A stretch of 64,000 bases of DNA from Mizuhopecten yessoensis (Eukaryota): NCBI RefSeq assembly GCF_002113885.1, contig NW_018408821.1, forward strand, positions 827,511-891,510, in the 5' to 3' direction. Below, piece after piece: positions 50,401 through 64,000 of the stretch (position 1 is its first letter; every line of letters begins with the position of its first letter). The position numbers and the translations under genes are program-made. Under the pieces are notes generated by a model that was not told the DNA's origin, searched no databases, and saw only the letters and a program-made list of their open reading frames with translations.

Positions 50401-53400
50401 ATGGACGGATACGTTCCAGACATTTGTGGTGATGGCAGGACTTATCGCCATTATCGTAGTAGGGTCACGTGAGGTCGGTGGGTTAGACAAAGTTTGGAAA
50501 ATAGCTGATCACGGAGGCAGAATACATTTCTTTGAGTATGTCATCTCATCGGTCAGAATAGCCACAAAACCTAATGTTGTACATATACCCATTATCATAA
50601 CACATGCCATTCGATGATATATACTGATTTGAGCTGGAATAATATAATATTAGGTGTTTATAATAAAAGATAATTTATAGATTACACATTACTCCATTAA
50701 GACAGGCCCAACTGGATGATTATACATTAAGATTGTATTTGCAAAGTTTTATTGACGATCATGAAATCTGCACTAGTATACACTGCGATAATTGCCATAG
50801 CATCTCGTAAAAGGAGTGAGTCCTCTTTCAGCTGTTGATTTATTTGAAACCCTAAAACACGCCAGGCAATAATCATGATATCAATAAATAGTTTTCCCTT
50901 CAAATCCTAGAAGAAAAAACCCGCCTAAAATGATTGAGACTTATTAACGTTAAACCTCGATATTTTCAGCTGGAGTGCAGACCCTACTGTTCGTCATTCA
51001 TTTTGGGCACTTGTTATTGGTTCAGTAGTTGGTCAGCTGACAATCTACGCAGCCAACCAGACAATGATCCAGAGATACCTGGCGATTAAAGAAATAACCA
51101 ACTCCAAAAAGTGAGATACGACGCATTTGTATGTGGTTGACATATTAGTCGACGTGTGTATGGCTAGCACTCCATTCTATTTCACATACGAAATTATCCC
51201 AAAGGCAATACTAAGTAATAAATATATATAATATAGTTTAGCTTGGTCATCTCATAAAATCATACGGTTCAAGAATATGTTACGAGGATTGACAATTTTA
51301 AATGGTTAATTTATAAACCATTCTTTCTTTAATTTGATATTATTATTATACATATATAATGAGTTTGTAAGGTATATTCGACTAGTGTAAAATTCTGATA
51401 ACGAAGCGATATAACTGCATATTCAAAGTTGACAGGTTTATAACATTAAAGATAACATATGTATGTTGGATATTTTAAATTACATTATGATCAACCATTG
51501 TGCGTTTATTGTTGATATTTGTAATGTTGGTATCCAATGAGAGTTGATGTAGTAATGATTTACTCCAAGGGCTCTGTATGTTAGTCTCCCACTGACGCTC
51601 ATCCTGTCCACGGTGGTATGTCTGGTGGGTTTAGTCATTTATGCCACCTATCATGACTGTGACCCTAAACTCCTTAACCTCGTCAAGGCCAGAGACCAGG
51701 TAAGCAGGGTTAACATTTTCATTTTGACATTTGTAGATACTTTTAATAATGGTTAACCTTTATTCTCTCATTACTCACGTGTTTGTATGTTATGTCAAAC
51801 ACAACAGACGTTATTATCATCCATTTTATTTACTGTTGTATATTTTCAATGAACATGTATGAAATGAACATTTAGGTTTTCATTATATTGTAATGGGATA
51901 AGAATTCAAAACAAGCTTCAATGGAGCTCCACCAGTGTGTAGTCCATTGTACTTAGCTGGATAACAACTCAAATGATCAACACGAAAATGGCAATGGAAA
52001 TGGAAGTGTCAATCATGTAATTTGATTCAGACCTGCATGTCAAGTAAAGTTACCTTTTGGAGAACATGACTTTTCTTTCAGTGGAAATGTTGATGATGAT
52101 TTTATTTCTGTTGTTGTGTCTCTTTAATTCTCACTGTTATTTATTCGTATCAACTGTGCATTAATAATTTCTCCTGGAATACTGACACTCATCTTTTGCA
52201 GCTATTACCGTTCTTAGTTATGGATAAGCTTACGTTCCTACCCGGTTTACCAGGGTTGTTTGTCGCCAGCCTTTTCAGTGCCTCTCTCAGGTATATAGTA
52301 TTAGTACTCATATTATTACATAATATACAGCGCACATGTGAAGTTTACTTTGACCCAGCCACTTTGACTAATCCGGTTGTTCCTCAATCCAGCCATTGCT
52401 TTTAGGGACTTATTTACCTTTTTTCTAGGCATAATTAAGTTAGTTACTCAGCGGTCCCTACATCCAAGTACTTGTCCTGAGAATAAAGGTGGCTGGGTTG
52501 TCGATGCTCCACTGAAATGCATTAAATTATAAAATGATATAAAACGCATATTTTGAAATAGGTCATATTCTCTATAGTTAAGTTTGCTGTCTTTGAATGA
52601 GAAACACAAGAATATTTCCCTAAGATTACTCAGGTTATACGAGAATAGCACATGATCTTTTCAATCCAATTAGAGAATATCATACTTCTATATTGTTTAC
52701 TATTATTTCCGTCCTAAATATAAATACGCTTATGATTTTATCATTCAAATCGCATCGTGTAGTAAACCTCGACTTAGTGTTAATAGTGTTGGCTTATGAT
52801 TCTAAAATAAATATCTGCTTTCAGTTTGTCGACTTTAAATCATCATTATTGACATTTGTTAAACAATAGCTTGAATGAAGAATTCACCAGTATTACCAAA
52901 TAGTATTTTTATGCAGTTCTATTTCTTCTGGATTGAATGCCCTTGCCATTGTAATATTGGAAGATGTATTCAAGATATATTGGAGGTATCACGGGAAAGA
53001 ACCCTCGCCCATCATACAGGGACGTCTTGCCAAAGTATTGGGTAAGCAGTCTTATAAACGAATCCGTTGGGTTTAATTGTGCACGCAATATGTTGCAATG
53101 TTACACAATAATTCGCTACTTCAGTAACATCATTTGAAAGTGTGGAAATCTGTTAGATTAAGACACAGAACAAACAAAAACATAAAGTGCTACTGTAGAT
53201 TAAAGAACCAATCAATTTCACATCATTTCAGGTTTCGTTTGTGGAGGCATGGTGATTGGAATCGCATTTCTGTCCCAGTTTCTCGGACAAACTGTCCTTC
53301 AGGTAAGAACTATTGTTCTACAGGTCGATACTTATTTTTTCGCAAGTTTCCTTATATTCTGGTTTTATTCGTAATTCGGTCTGTGGTTTACCTGACATCC

Positions 53401-56072
53401 TGATTGCTTGCCGTTCTTTGACAGATCATGTTGAGCATCTTCGGTATGGTAGGAGGCCCCCTGTTAGGACTGTTCCTCAACGGCATTTTCATCCCATGGG
53501 TAAATACTGCGGTAAGTAACGAGAAAGTATCAAATGAAAATAGGAACATCTTGATCTTTTTTAATAGTATTATGGACAATATATATTTAGTAACGTAACA
53601 ACCTTAACACTTATTTGGTGTTTTAGCCATTTTACCAACGATGAAGCGGTAATGTTCCTTCGTGTTTATTTTGTGTACATGCATTATCATTTTCATAAAA
53701 CAGGGCGCACTTTGTGGACTAATATGCAGTGCTTTTCTGACGTTTTGGGTGGCTATCGGAGGTTCCATAATATTACCAGTACCCCCAATAAAGAATGTTT
53801 CGACATCTATATGTCAACACTTCCAGAGAAACTGTACGACGCCAGCGAACAATCAAAATATGTCAGCAATATACAGTACCGTACCATCTATTTCAACAAC
53901 GTATTACAACACGTCATCAATAACCCAGACAGCAACGACCCCAAACGGTCAAGATTTGTAAGTATTCACTTATTCCGATCTACATTTGATGGCAAAGATG
54001 CCATCAATTATTACACTATTGGCACATACGATGCAATACGTTCCTATTATATGCGTTATTCTTCTTTATCAAGCTATAATTTGAATTGCAAAATAACCTT
54101 TATGAAACTATCAAATATTTATATATATATATTAAATGTTATAAAGACAATCTTTTTACATTAAATTAGTCAACATACACCATGTGAATGTTTATCTTTT
54201 GTCGTATCTCATCAGCTACTGGACTATAATTATTTACAGTGATGAATCCCGTACATACCGGTCTTCAAACGAATGCCTTTTGTGAATGTGTCGAAACTAT
54301 TCAGTGATATGCGCCTGTATTTACTGCCATCTTGTCCTGTTTTCACTAGATGGATCTACCATATATCATACTTATGGTATGCCCTATTTGCTGTGCTGAT
54401 ATCCATAGTGGTCGGAATCATCGTTACGTTCGTGTCAACATTTTGTTTTGGTAAGGAGATTCATATTATTTTGCTTATTATTTCTATCAATATATATTGT
54501 TATGCAAATTTTCATTTGTAATTATACATAGTTTTCTGATAATGACGAAATAAATGAGACAACAACCGGTAGAAATATTTAAGCTATATTTCAAATTTCA
54601 AGGAACTCTTGTTTGTTGAATGTATAATATATTCATATATACCACTAAAGAAAACTGAACGTACTTCTATGAAATAAGATATATTCGTGGGGTCAAAATT
54701 ACATGGTTTCCCGACAAAACACCATTTCGTAAGTACATGAATTCGTGGATTACAATTACCCACTCACACGGAGAATTGCCTTATATCAAACTTGTAATTA
54801 CTTTGTGGACCTATGACTTCGTGGATAAAGAATACCCTGGAAATCAACAGTATTACAAAAACAATGAAAATTAATTATTTCACATTGTGTTAAAATATAA
54901 ATACAATAACGAAGTAAGGAAACAATTGCTTAAACATTTATAAAGTCAATATCGAAAGCCAAACAGAGTAAACACTTTTTGCACTATTCTGTCATTGCGT
55001 ATTGCAGAGTTATCTTCTCTTGTGCGCAGGTATTGATTGTTACGTCATTTGTTTATGAGAGTAACGTCATCAATTTTTGAGAAAACGACGTAATTTTCGC
55101 ACACAAACCAATGACGTAACAATCAATACCTGCTCACAAGAGAAGATAACTCTTCATTACGCAAAGACGGAATATGGTCATTTTGTCCACTTAGAAATCA
55201 CGAGTCAAAAGAATGAACGTTCTCTCATAGCGTTTCGAATATATGTAGAAATAAAACATACGGGAAAGGTGCCAATATAGCATTAATCAAGCATAAACGT
55301 GAAAATCTGAAATTGAAATATGATAAATATTGTAGACCTGAACCGTCCAGAAGATATTGAGAAAGAATTGGTACATCCAATTGCTGACAGAGTATGCTGT
55401 TATCCTTCTATATCATGTCAAAAGGTTCACCGTCTTTCTAAAAAGGTGAGTCTTTGCTTTTTTAAATAACGTGTGACTCACTTTCTGCTATAGAAATAAA
55501 CAGTGCTTCCGACAATGACATACATGGTACAGTAGTGTATAGTAATTTTAGGTATTGGCTTTCATCTAACAGGAATCTGTAGTGTGTTTTTCTTATTGTA
55601 GCAGAAAGCTCCACCATCTTATTACTGTTTTTGTAAAATTAAACCTATTTCGGAGAAAGACCATACATTCATTTAGCACTAGTGATTGCAACCCTTATCA
55701 TTAGCTGCATGCTTGCATTCAGTATTCGACCATTTTTTTGAAGGAACATGTCATTTTCCACTACTTTACAGTGAGATGACAGCCTCTAAAATCGTTTTAA
55801 TATCATAGTTATGTGACTGGTGTGTTGCTGTATTTCAGCCTGCAGAATATTATGAAACGTCATTGAAAAAATATAATGGACATGAGAACTTGGACGTAGG
55901 GCATGACGGACCGTATACTGTAACAAACGGGGACCTCGAGCTCAAGTCAAAACTACGAGAGAGGACGCAAAGACGGAATGGCAATACATCCCGCACGTGG
56001 AATGATCCCAATCCCAGCTATTATGAGAACAACTTGATGCCTGATGACGATGACGCCTTAACAAAACTTTAA
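44430..56072 (+). CDS. SLC5 sodium-coupled monocarboxylate/iodide/multivitamin symporter-like (SLC5A8/A12-like), paralog 2, 697 aa
   Basis: 15 phase-consistent exons: 44430-44840, 48849-48914, 49599-49650, 50089-50156, 50381-50535, 50970-51110, 51570-51699, 52202-52290, 52917-53041, 53232-53302, 53425-53511, 53704-53957, 54350-54450, 55336-55445, 55839-56072 (2,094 nt). Exons 2-11 and 13 are the same size as in paralog 1. Ends ...ALTKL*. Confidence 0.95.
45447..45633. repeat. 46-bp tandem repeat, four copies
   Basis: AAATGTATACGTCTCTACAACATATTACTGTGTTGTGTTATAATTT repeated. Confidence 0.9.
54985..55174. mobile_element. ~190-bp palindromic MITE (TA at both ends)
   Basis: GAGTTATCTTCTCTTGTGCGCAGGTATTGATTGTTACGTCATT pairs with AATGACGTAACAATCAATACCTGCTCACAAGAGAAGATAACTC. 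Confidence 0.75.
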
Positions 56073-58073
56073 ATGACGTCGATCTAATTTACGTTGGCCC
56101 TAGTCATTTCATGTGAATTTACAAACTATTCATCGATTGGGGAAAGCCTTTGTGATATTCAGACCTACTATCAATAAACAGTACAATGTAAATATGACAG
56201 TGTACTGATACCTTGTTGGGAAACCATAATATATTTATCATTTCAAGCAAACAGTGCATCAACTTCATTATTATTAAAAAAAATATGTAGTATTTAATAC
56301 GAACTGTATATCCGATATTAAAGATGAAACCACACATTGACGTCTAAAGCAGACGGATTTACTGGTAGAATCATTATTAATTATACAAAGTATTTTTTTC
56401 TCCAAAGAGGAAGTTAACTATAATTTCTTTCCGCTATTTTTAAATTTAGAATGCATTGAACATCCACAAGCTATACTGAATTACTGTAAAATGGTATCAA
56501 ACCACACAATAAACAATAATTGTTATACAAATTGAAGGTAAACGTCAGACATAAATACGTTACTTTGTAAGCAAAAAATGAGTAAAACAATCAAAAATGT
56601 TGGCATATAATTCCTATCAAATACGTTTATTTTGTTTAAAGATCTTGTTACATAGTTCCTATTGATCTTACTACTTACGTGTTGATATTTTTTTCTAGTT
56701 TTAAATTAAAGTTCATTTTAGTAGACTAACAACAATTTCACATAGTTTGAGTATGCACGTTTGCTGGTAACTGTGCGTGTGTGGATGAAAGTGGGTACGA
56801 GTGCTTATTCGCATATTATAATTTTCCCTCTGTTTTAAAGGGAACTGCATGCTAACCTGGTGTGTCAGCATTTATGTCCCTTCCTTGTATTTATATCATA
56901 TTTACACTATTTGAAAAAAAATCCATTGAGGTCAATCCAAATAAACATATGGAAAACCTTTACCAAACATTCCAATTTTATTCTTTTATTAACCGAAACA
57001 GTTGTATGGATTTCTTGATAGAAGGCAGCGATATATGAACATATGAAAACGTTAAGTGTCTGAATCTGTTTTGAGTTGTTTCCCTTTTATCATACAATAT
57101 GTGACTTTTCAGCTGAAAGGGAGAACACTCTCACTGATTACAATCACATTCTTTTTCTAACTGCGTGGGATACTGCGTGCTTTCGGTTAGATAACACTCG
57201 TGAGTGTACAATGTTTGACAGTAGTGCCAATCATGGCAGTTCTCATGGCTGAAGGGATTGCGGATTTGAATGATTCTATTAAAACTGTAAAAATCAATAA
57301 GCCTTCTCGTGCGGCGTATAGGTTCTTAGTTTTATATCATAATTGTACTTTGATATATTTAGCTAGTACTATCTGAAGGCACATTAATGCCATCTGTAGA
57401 TATACGTCTAATGTTCACACAAAGACAGTGTGAACAATTCGACAGTAATACGTATGGAAGGAACGTTAACAAGTCTTTAGAAAACTGAAAGTCACAATAC
57501 ACAGATACATGTCATCCCTATTCAGGAAATTGTCTTGCTAATTTGATTATCTATTCGTGGTAAAAACTTCCGTATAACACAATGTGTGGTAAGCTTTAAC
57601 TGTCAAATGAACATTTTCAACTTTCTTCATCACATATAACAAGCAAAACAATTATGTTTCGTCATCATCTTCTACCCAACCTACAAGCTTAAGGATCCCC
57701 GTACCACTGCCAAAAACGTTACGTAGTGTTTGAAACCGTACCGGCATGACTATAGATTTGACAAATTATTTTTGAAAAGAAAACAATATCATGTTATGAG
57801 AAATAACAAAGGTGAAATAAACAAAATGTAATCAACAACTGTGTTCTGAGTTTTAAAATGAATCAGCCAGGCTAGACCGGAATTCGAATATACTATCCCT
57901 CTAACCGACAGACCATCCTGGTCAACAGAAGTGTCATCAAAACGGAAGTTACGGGGAGGTGACTGCACGAAGAAACAAACTACAATGTAGTAGGACAGAG
58001 ATCCTTAAATTTTCAAGTGAAAGCAAGAGCTAATGTACGTGTTGTTAATAAGATAGATATCTGTAAACGAAGA

Positions 58074-58513
58074 CAATGTTCGGAGGAATGAGCTCCCTCT
58101 TATTACAGGCAATATTCGGAGGAATGAGCTCCCTCTTATTACAGGCAATGCTCGGAGGAATGAACTCCCTCTTATTACAGGCAATGTTCGTAGGAATGAA
58201 CTCCCTCTTATTACAGGCAATGTTCGTAGGAATGAAATCCCTCTTATTACAGGCAATGTTCGGAAGAATGAACTCCCTCTTATTACAGGCAATGTTCGTA
58301 GGAATGAAATCCCTCTTATTACAGGCAATGTTCGGACGAATGAGCTCCCTCTTATTACAGGCAATGTTCGGAGAAATAAACTCCCTCTTATTACAGGCAA
58401 TGCTCGGAGGAATGAACTCCCTCTTATTACAGGCAATGTTCGGAGGAATGAGCTCCCTCTTACTACAGGCAATGTTCGGAGGAATGAGCTCCCTCTTATT
58501 ACAGGCAATGTTC
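58074..58513. repeat. 36-bp minisatellite (CAATGTTCGGAGGAATGAGCTCCCTCTTATTACAGG), ~12 copies
   Basis: Tandem array. Explains three overlapping 12-aa-periodic ORFs. Confidence 0.95.
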
Positions 58514-61500
58514 AAGTTGTTTGTATGCCATTGCTGGTATGAGAATTACAAAGAGAATGTTTTTCTTCCTGTATTATAAACGTATAGTGCGACAACAATT
58601 TCGTTGATTTTACAGGAGCATTATTGCCACAGATTATTGATATGCTATTGAAAACTAAGTGTGACCACTTTTCACTGCTATTTGTGAATTCTTATGAAGC
58701 TGTCCTTACAAAACAAAATATTAGAGAACTTTCGTCTCATTTATCCACTAGAAAATGACATTAACGATTCGCCGACTTATAGTCCAGATAAGATCATATG
58801 CAATGTCTGTACCAAAATTGAGGACCTTATCTACACGGCTGTTGTGTTTCGTTTCGCGAGTGGTCGCATACTAGCTTCTCTCGTGAGTATGGTTACTATA
58901 TCACAGTCGATTGTGTACATGGACGTGTTCCTTTATAACATAGCGTCATTGACCAAACAGATTCCACAAATACAGATTTGTTCACTATCTCTTATATGTG
59001 CGGAGAATGACATGCTCCAACAGATTAGATTACGTTTACTCATCGCAAAGACAACCGAGATTCGATTTCTGGCTCGGACCGGAAAATCTCTAAATATCAC
59101 GGATACTATGTAGGTATTCATGTGTCCTTCCATATTAATCTTTCGTCGTGCTCTTTTACAGCAAACGATGGTTACAACAAATAACTGAATTGTCAAACAA
59201 AAAAGTGTCAGTGTTCTTTTTTTGTATTAACTGTGTTTAAATAAGAAAAAACATAGAATATCTAGTTTCAGGTTTTATAACAATATGCAAACATTGAGGG
59301 CGGCATATGTCGATCACAAACGCCAACAACGAACCTCTTGTACCCGGATGTCATCAAATCATAAGTTACTTAGAAATAATGTTACACAATCTCTTATCCT
59401 TTAACATCAAGCGTTACCGGGATGCAGTTGGACCAATTCGGGGTTTTAAGATCAAGACGATATGATATCTTCAGCGGAAACAAGAATGATAATACAAACA
59501 GGCGATCTAAGATTACTAAACTTTCGATCATGAAACATGAGCACTAGATTGAATCTTTAATATTCATGTAAAAAAAAGTGATGTTGCGTTGAAAAAAAAT
59601 GCAAATTGCATAAAATATCACGACCCAGTCGAACAGCTGTTTTAGTTCCGTTTATAGATTAATTAATCTATAAACATCGTCCAACATAACAACAAGCCAC
59701 AAAGAAGTGAGGGTTAACATAGTGTAATCCCAGAATATATATATAAAACAAAACATAAAACATTCATGAATAAAAAAAATTATTCAATAATATCTTTGAT
59801 AAAATAGTGTACGTATAATTTGACTAATGAAATAGAAATTTTCTAATGTAAATTTATAATGTAAAAATTAACTATATATGATCCTTTCCCTGTTCGTGCT
59901 CTATGCATGTCTTGGACCTCGATACACACGGAGTTTTCATTCTTTAACATTAAATACCACGCATTAGTCATCATTGAACGATCTTGTCACATGGTGCAGT
60001 ACAAGTTTTGAGTTTTTCTGGCTTTCTTCATCAACAATAAAACATTGAAACAAGCGTTTCTGTTCATCGTATGTTTAGAAAGTATATATTACCCTCTAAG
60101 ATAGTGGTTTTGAGTCAAAGTATGTCCAGGTTTTCGTTTACCTTACAATATTATGACGCGAGCTTCGACAAGTGTTGTAAACGTAACTAGTAATTGTAAC
60201 CACATTGACATACATCTTATCCCATTCTTCATTAAAACATGGACAATTACATTTTGTGTGATTGGTGAAACAGTAAAGATAAATCAGAGATACAAACAAT
60301 GTAGTGTTTTTAACGTCATCAGTGTGTAAATTGTCACCATGAATGTTATTAAATTGCCGCCATAACTTTGGTTTGTTTGTGTTCATTTAAGGATGTGCAA
60401 GGTGTAGGTGGTGGAGGCAAGTCGGAGTTCCCGGAGAAAAAACCACCGACCAACGGCCATAAGTTTTATGGTGTAAATGTAATAACATTCGATATGGTGT
60501 AATTAGTATCTCACAGACATGCCTCAGTATAGGATATTCCATACATTATGTATTGAATTTGTACGTATGTGAAGTACATTGTTGAAACTAAGGACTGTGA
60601 TATTACCAACACAATAACAAAATTGATATAATAGCGTGATTGAGATCATTGTTTAAATACGAAAACCCACATATGATTGCAGAACTGCGATGTTCCTTCT
60701 AAAACATGATACAACGTGATTATAAATAAGCCAATGATATGATTGGTTAAGAAGAACTGCACTTTCACCTCATAAAACATCCCTAGAGTTGAGATTCGAT
60801 ACGAGTCTTGCATCAGATGTGACGTGTGACATATCCTCTGTCACATTAGGGTGGTATGTAATCACCAACGGTCTGTGTCATAGTGAACAAGTCCTTTAGC
60901 TGAAAATCAGGTCATGGTGACAACTGTAGTAATGTTATGTTATGTACTATTATCAGTAATTTATATAATATTTATTTTACATCTGCATTATGAAGAAAGG
61001 AAGATTCGCCTTCTGTATAGTTTTCTTCTGTGTCCCTTCCGAAAGGGATATTGAAGTGATCAAAACTGACGTTGTTTCTTGGGATCGTTTCGTCTCTCTT
61101 CTTGTGTCTGTATTCCATTTTTCATGACATGGTGTCAACCTTAATTTGTATCTTTGTATATAAATGTGTTTTGACGACATAAAATCAAACTTACATGTAT
61201 TATTTATACTGTCTGTGTAATCTCTAACAGATGATAGAGATGAAACAACAAGTTAAGCTGAAAACGCTATCATTATTTAGGACTGCAAATTGTAATTGGT
61301 CAGAAACTTATTTTAGCTACAAATGGGTCCGACCTATACGCATAGTATGCGCTCTACATACGATGATTTAATTTTATCTTAATTCTTAATCTGAATCGTC
61401 AACTTTGACTCATTATACGGCGAATGAATATTTCAGCAACGATTATCTACAATAACATGCATTTATTTTTGACATATCGTCTTTAAATATTCCTGTAATG

Positions 61501-64000
61501 TTAACTTTATATAACACTTTGTGCATCTTATTTCATGTAAGGACAAGAGAATATCAGTAATACATAACACATGCATAATAATGGTCAATCCGATCAAGTT
61601 TAAATTGAAGATAAAATTGTAGACGAATACTTTGTGTATGAAATAATTTCGTCAGGTCTCAAATAAGACATGTATTATTTACTGGCATGTAATAAAATGA
61701 TGTGTTATTCAACATTTTTCTTTCTTATTAATCCCTAAATTCGTATGCATGCCAGAAGAAATGAATATGTGCTTCTGTCAGTGTTAAAAGAGACATGCTT
61801 AATTTTCCAATTGTTGAGAAAAAAATGAATAGGGAACATAAATGAAGTTACTATGGGAACAATTTTAAACGACAATTTAAGGCTAATGTAATCAGCCGCA
61901 GAATAGAGACCAATTTTGTGGAGTGAATCTACGTTGATTCCCTCTAATATAAACCGTCTGATTTTCTAATGAACGTTCATTGATAAATTAGACGAGGGAG
62001 ATATCCCCAGCATGTAGCAGATGCGAGGTAATTGTAATTGTATTAGGCTGATTATGGTCTTCAAACTAATAAACACTTTACAACAAGTTCGGTAAATGAA
62101 ATAATAAAAACTCTACTTTATAAGTAGGAAACAGTGGAGTGTAGAATTAGAGGCCATTTTCCTGTGTGGAGGTGAAAGGAAAGGAGTATTCAATACAACT
62201 CTCTTGGTATGTATATTTGCTTAGGGGCAGCAGAAAAGATTTGGCATTTGACAGAAATCGTATCCCTTAGTATTTTGTTACCACCGGTAAATCTAGATTG
62301 CCGTTCAAGCACAAACACTGATAATTACTATCTAAAAGTATAAATAGATCATTAGTTTATTTTATTGTTAAAACAATACATTACGTTCAATGATTTATTC
62401 ATAAGACACTTGGATATAGCATGCACTTTGGCGCTAAAAAGAAAACATCACTGTTCAACCTTTTTAAATTGCAACTAACATCAATACAAGATATAGTGAA
62501 TCTCTGTCATTGAAACGAAGCCATCCTTGAACAGACCAGTCTCCTGGTGATAATTTGACTGCTACCTTGGATACGCCACTATCATTATGATGTTTCTTGT
62601 TTCGACAACGGTTTTCGGGATATTCATGATGTTTTTCCTTTTGTTTTGCCATCTCCTCACTACCTGTTATTGTGTAGAGGTATAGCTAACGACTTCGTGC
62701 AGGCACTGTAGTATATACATGTATATTGCTATCTTGAACTGACTTTAGGCTTTATACATTTCACATTTAATGTTACATATGTCTATATGATTGCATGATT
62801 CCAGTTGGTCATTGTATCATGTAGTATGATGTACACACATTGCGAGTAACGATCACACTATTTTCATGTCATTTTTTTTTAACATAACTGTGAATATTTG
62901 ATAATGCCCCAACCCGATAGATATACTCTCAACGTTGAATTATCATAGTGTGAATGCAGAGAAAAATAGTAGACTAGTGGTGGGTCTTCATCTTAAGTAC
63001 TCAAACACACGAATATCTATACCGTATTTCTATCTTTGCGATTTATTGTTCTAAGCTAAATCCATTAGCTTCGGTGACGTTAAATTAATCATGCAAAATG
63101 AAATCAGTGTCAATTTTTTTATTGATCGCTTCGAAGACATGTTTTCAATGAAATGCCGTTTTTGAGATTTTCATGTCGAGAGAGAGTTCAGCTTTGCAAT
63201 GTTCAATGCCTCTTTGAAATTGTATAGATTCACCTTAAAGAAAAGGGAACGAAAATAACTGCTGCGAAAATTGCGAAACCACTAATGTATATTATGACAT
63301 ATTATCATAGAATATCGTAGAATATGATGTGAAATACATTTATGAGGGCCAGGTTCACTGCCCCATATTCTTAAGTTTGGTATAAAACTATGGAGTCGTT
63401 AACGCATCCACATCAGTATCTATCATAATGTATCTGCCATAATTTGCGGTGAAATGACGTTGGTCATCAATACTTGGTATACCGGGTGATCGACAGTTAC
63501 TACAGGTAGAAAGATTATCTATCAACATGTGTACATGTACATCAAAGTTGTAACAAAAATGGGGTGAGCAAGATAGAATTTTCAATTTTTACTCTTTTGT
63601 TCAAAGTTTTTAAAGAAATGGAGAGACATGAAGTCGAATACAATTTAGTTCGTTGATTTCGTTGTTACTGCCCCGGTCCTTGATTTGAGAACGTTGCAAT
63701 ATTTGGATTATTTGACCTTTATTTTCATGGCAGGTCATCGATGAGACAGGCTGCTAACACTCCGGGTTATTCTTTTGGGGTGTTCGTATTTTACTCTAAT
63801 TTCAACGATATTTGTTAGAATCACGGCTTGGTTTAAACTTTATTATAATATTTTCTTCAATGTCCATATTATACTTTTTAATGTGCTTGTACAAGATAGA
63901 CAGTTTGAAAACAGAAATCATGTCTATGCATAAAAATAATTTCAAGAATATAAGTCACTGGTTAATCTCTTCTTTTGGTTTGTTAAACTTCATTGTTTTT

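Noticed and set aside
11089-58513. CRISPR-like appearance of the 26-43 bp arrays
   Set aside because: Units are head-to-tail with no unique spacers, there are no cas genes, and the context is eukaryotic.
58005-58579. Three overlapping 156-167 aa ORFs
   Set aside because: Translation of a 36-bp tandem repeat on both strands.
58694-59113. 139-aa ORF
   Set aside because: No recognisable domain or splice support.

Overview
AT-rich eukaryotic genomic DNA with GT-AG introns. The repeat landscape suggests a bivalve mollusc (inference). Three single-N contig joins lie at 795, 25335 and 27526. Host genes, all on the + strand: the last two coding exons of the 14-kDa phosphohistidine phosphatase PHPT1 (10904-11028, 20720-20815) and two complete, tandem 15-coding-exon SLC5 Na+/solute symporters of the SMCT/NIS/SMVT group (31344-40641, 646 aa; 44430-56072, 697 aa). 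The most striking feature is a 4,643-bp DNA transposon (12979-17621) in the last PHPT1 intron. It has ~1-kb modular terminal inverted repeats, no target-site duplication, an exact AAA|TTT insertion site (the Spy signature) and an open 634-aa Zn-finger/HTH/DDE/SWIM transposase, with a further frameshifted N-terminal Cys4 module upstream. The intergenic region holds a fossil HERO-type (restriction-like endonuclease) retrotransposon whose own sequence seeded three tandem repeats. There are also many MITEs, Helentron-derived elements, tRNA-derived SINEs and minisatellites, including a hairpin array in the presumptive PHPT1 3' UTR. No CRISPR, rRNA or genuine tRNA genes were found.
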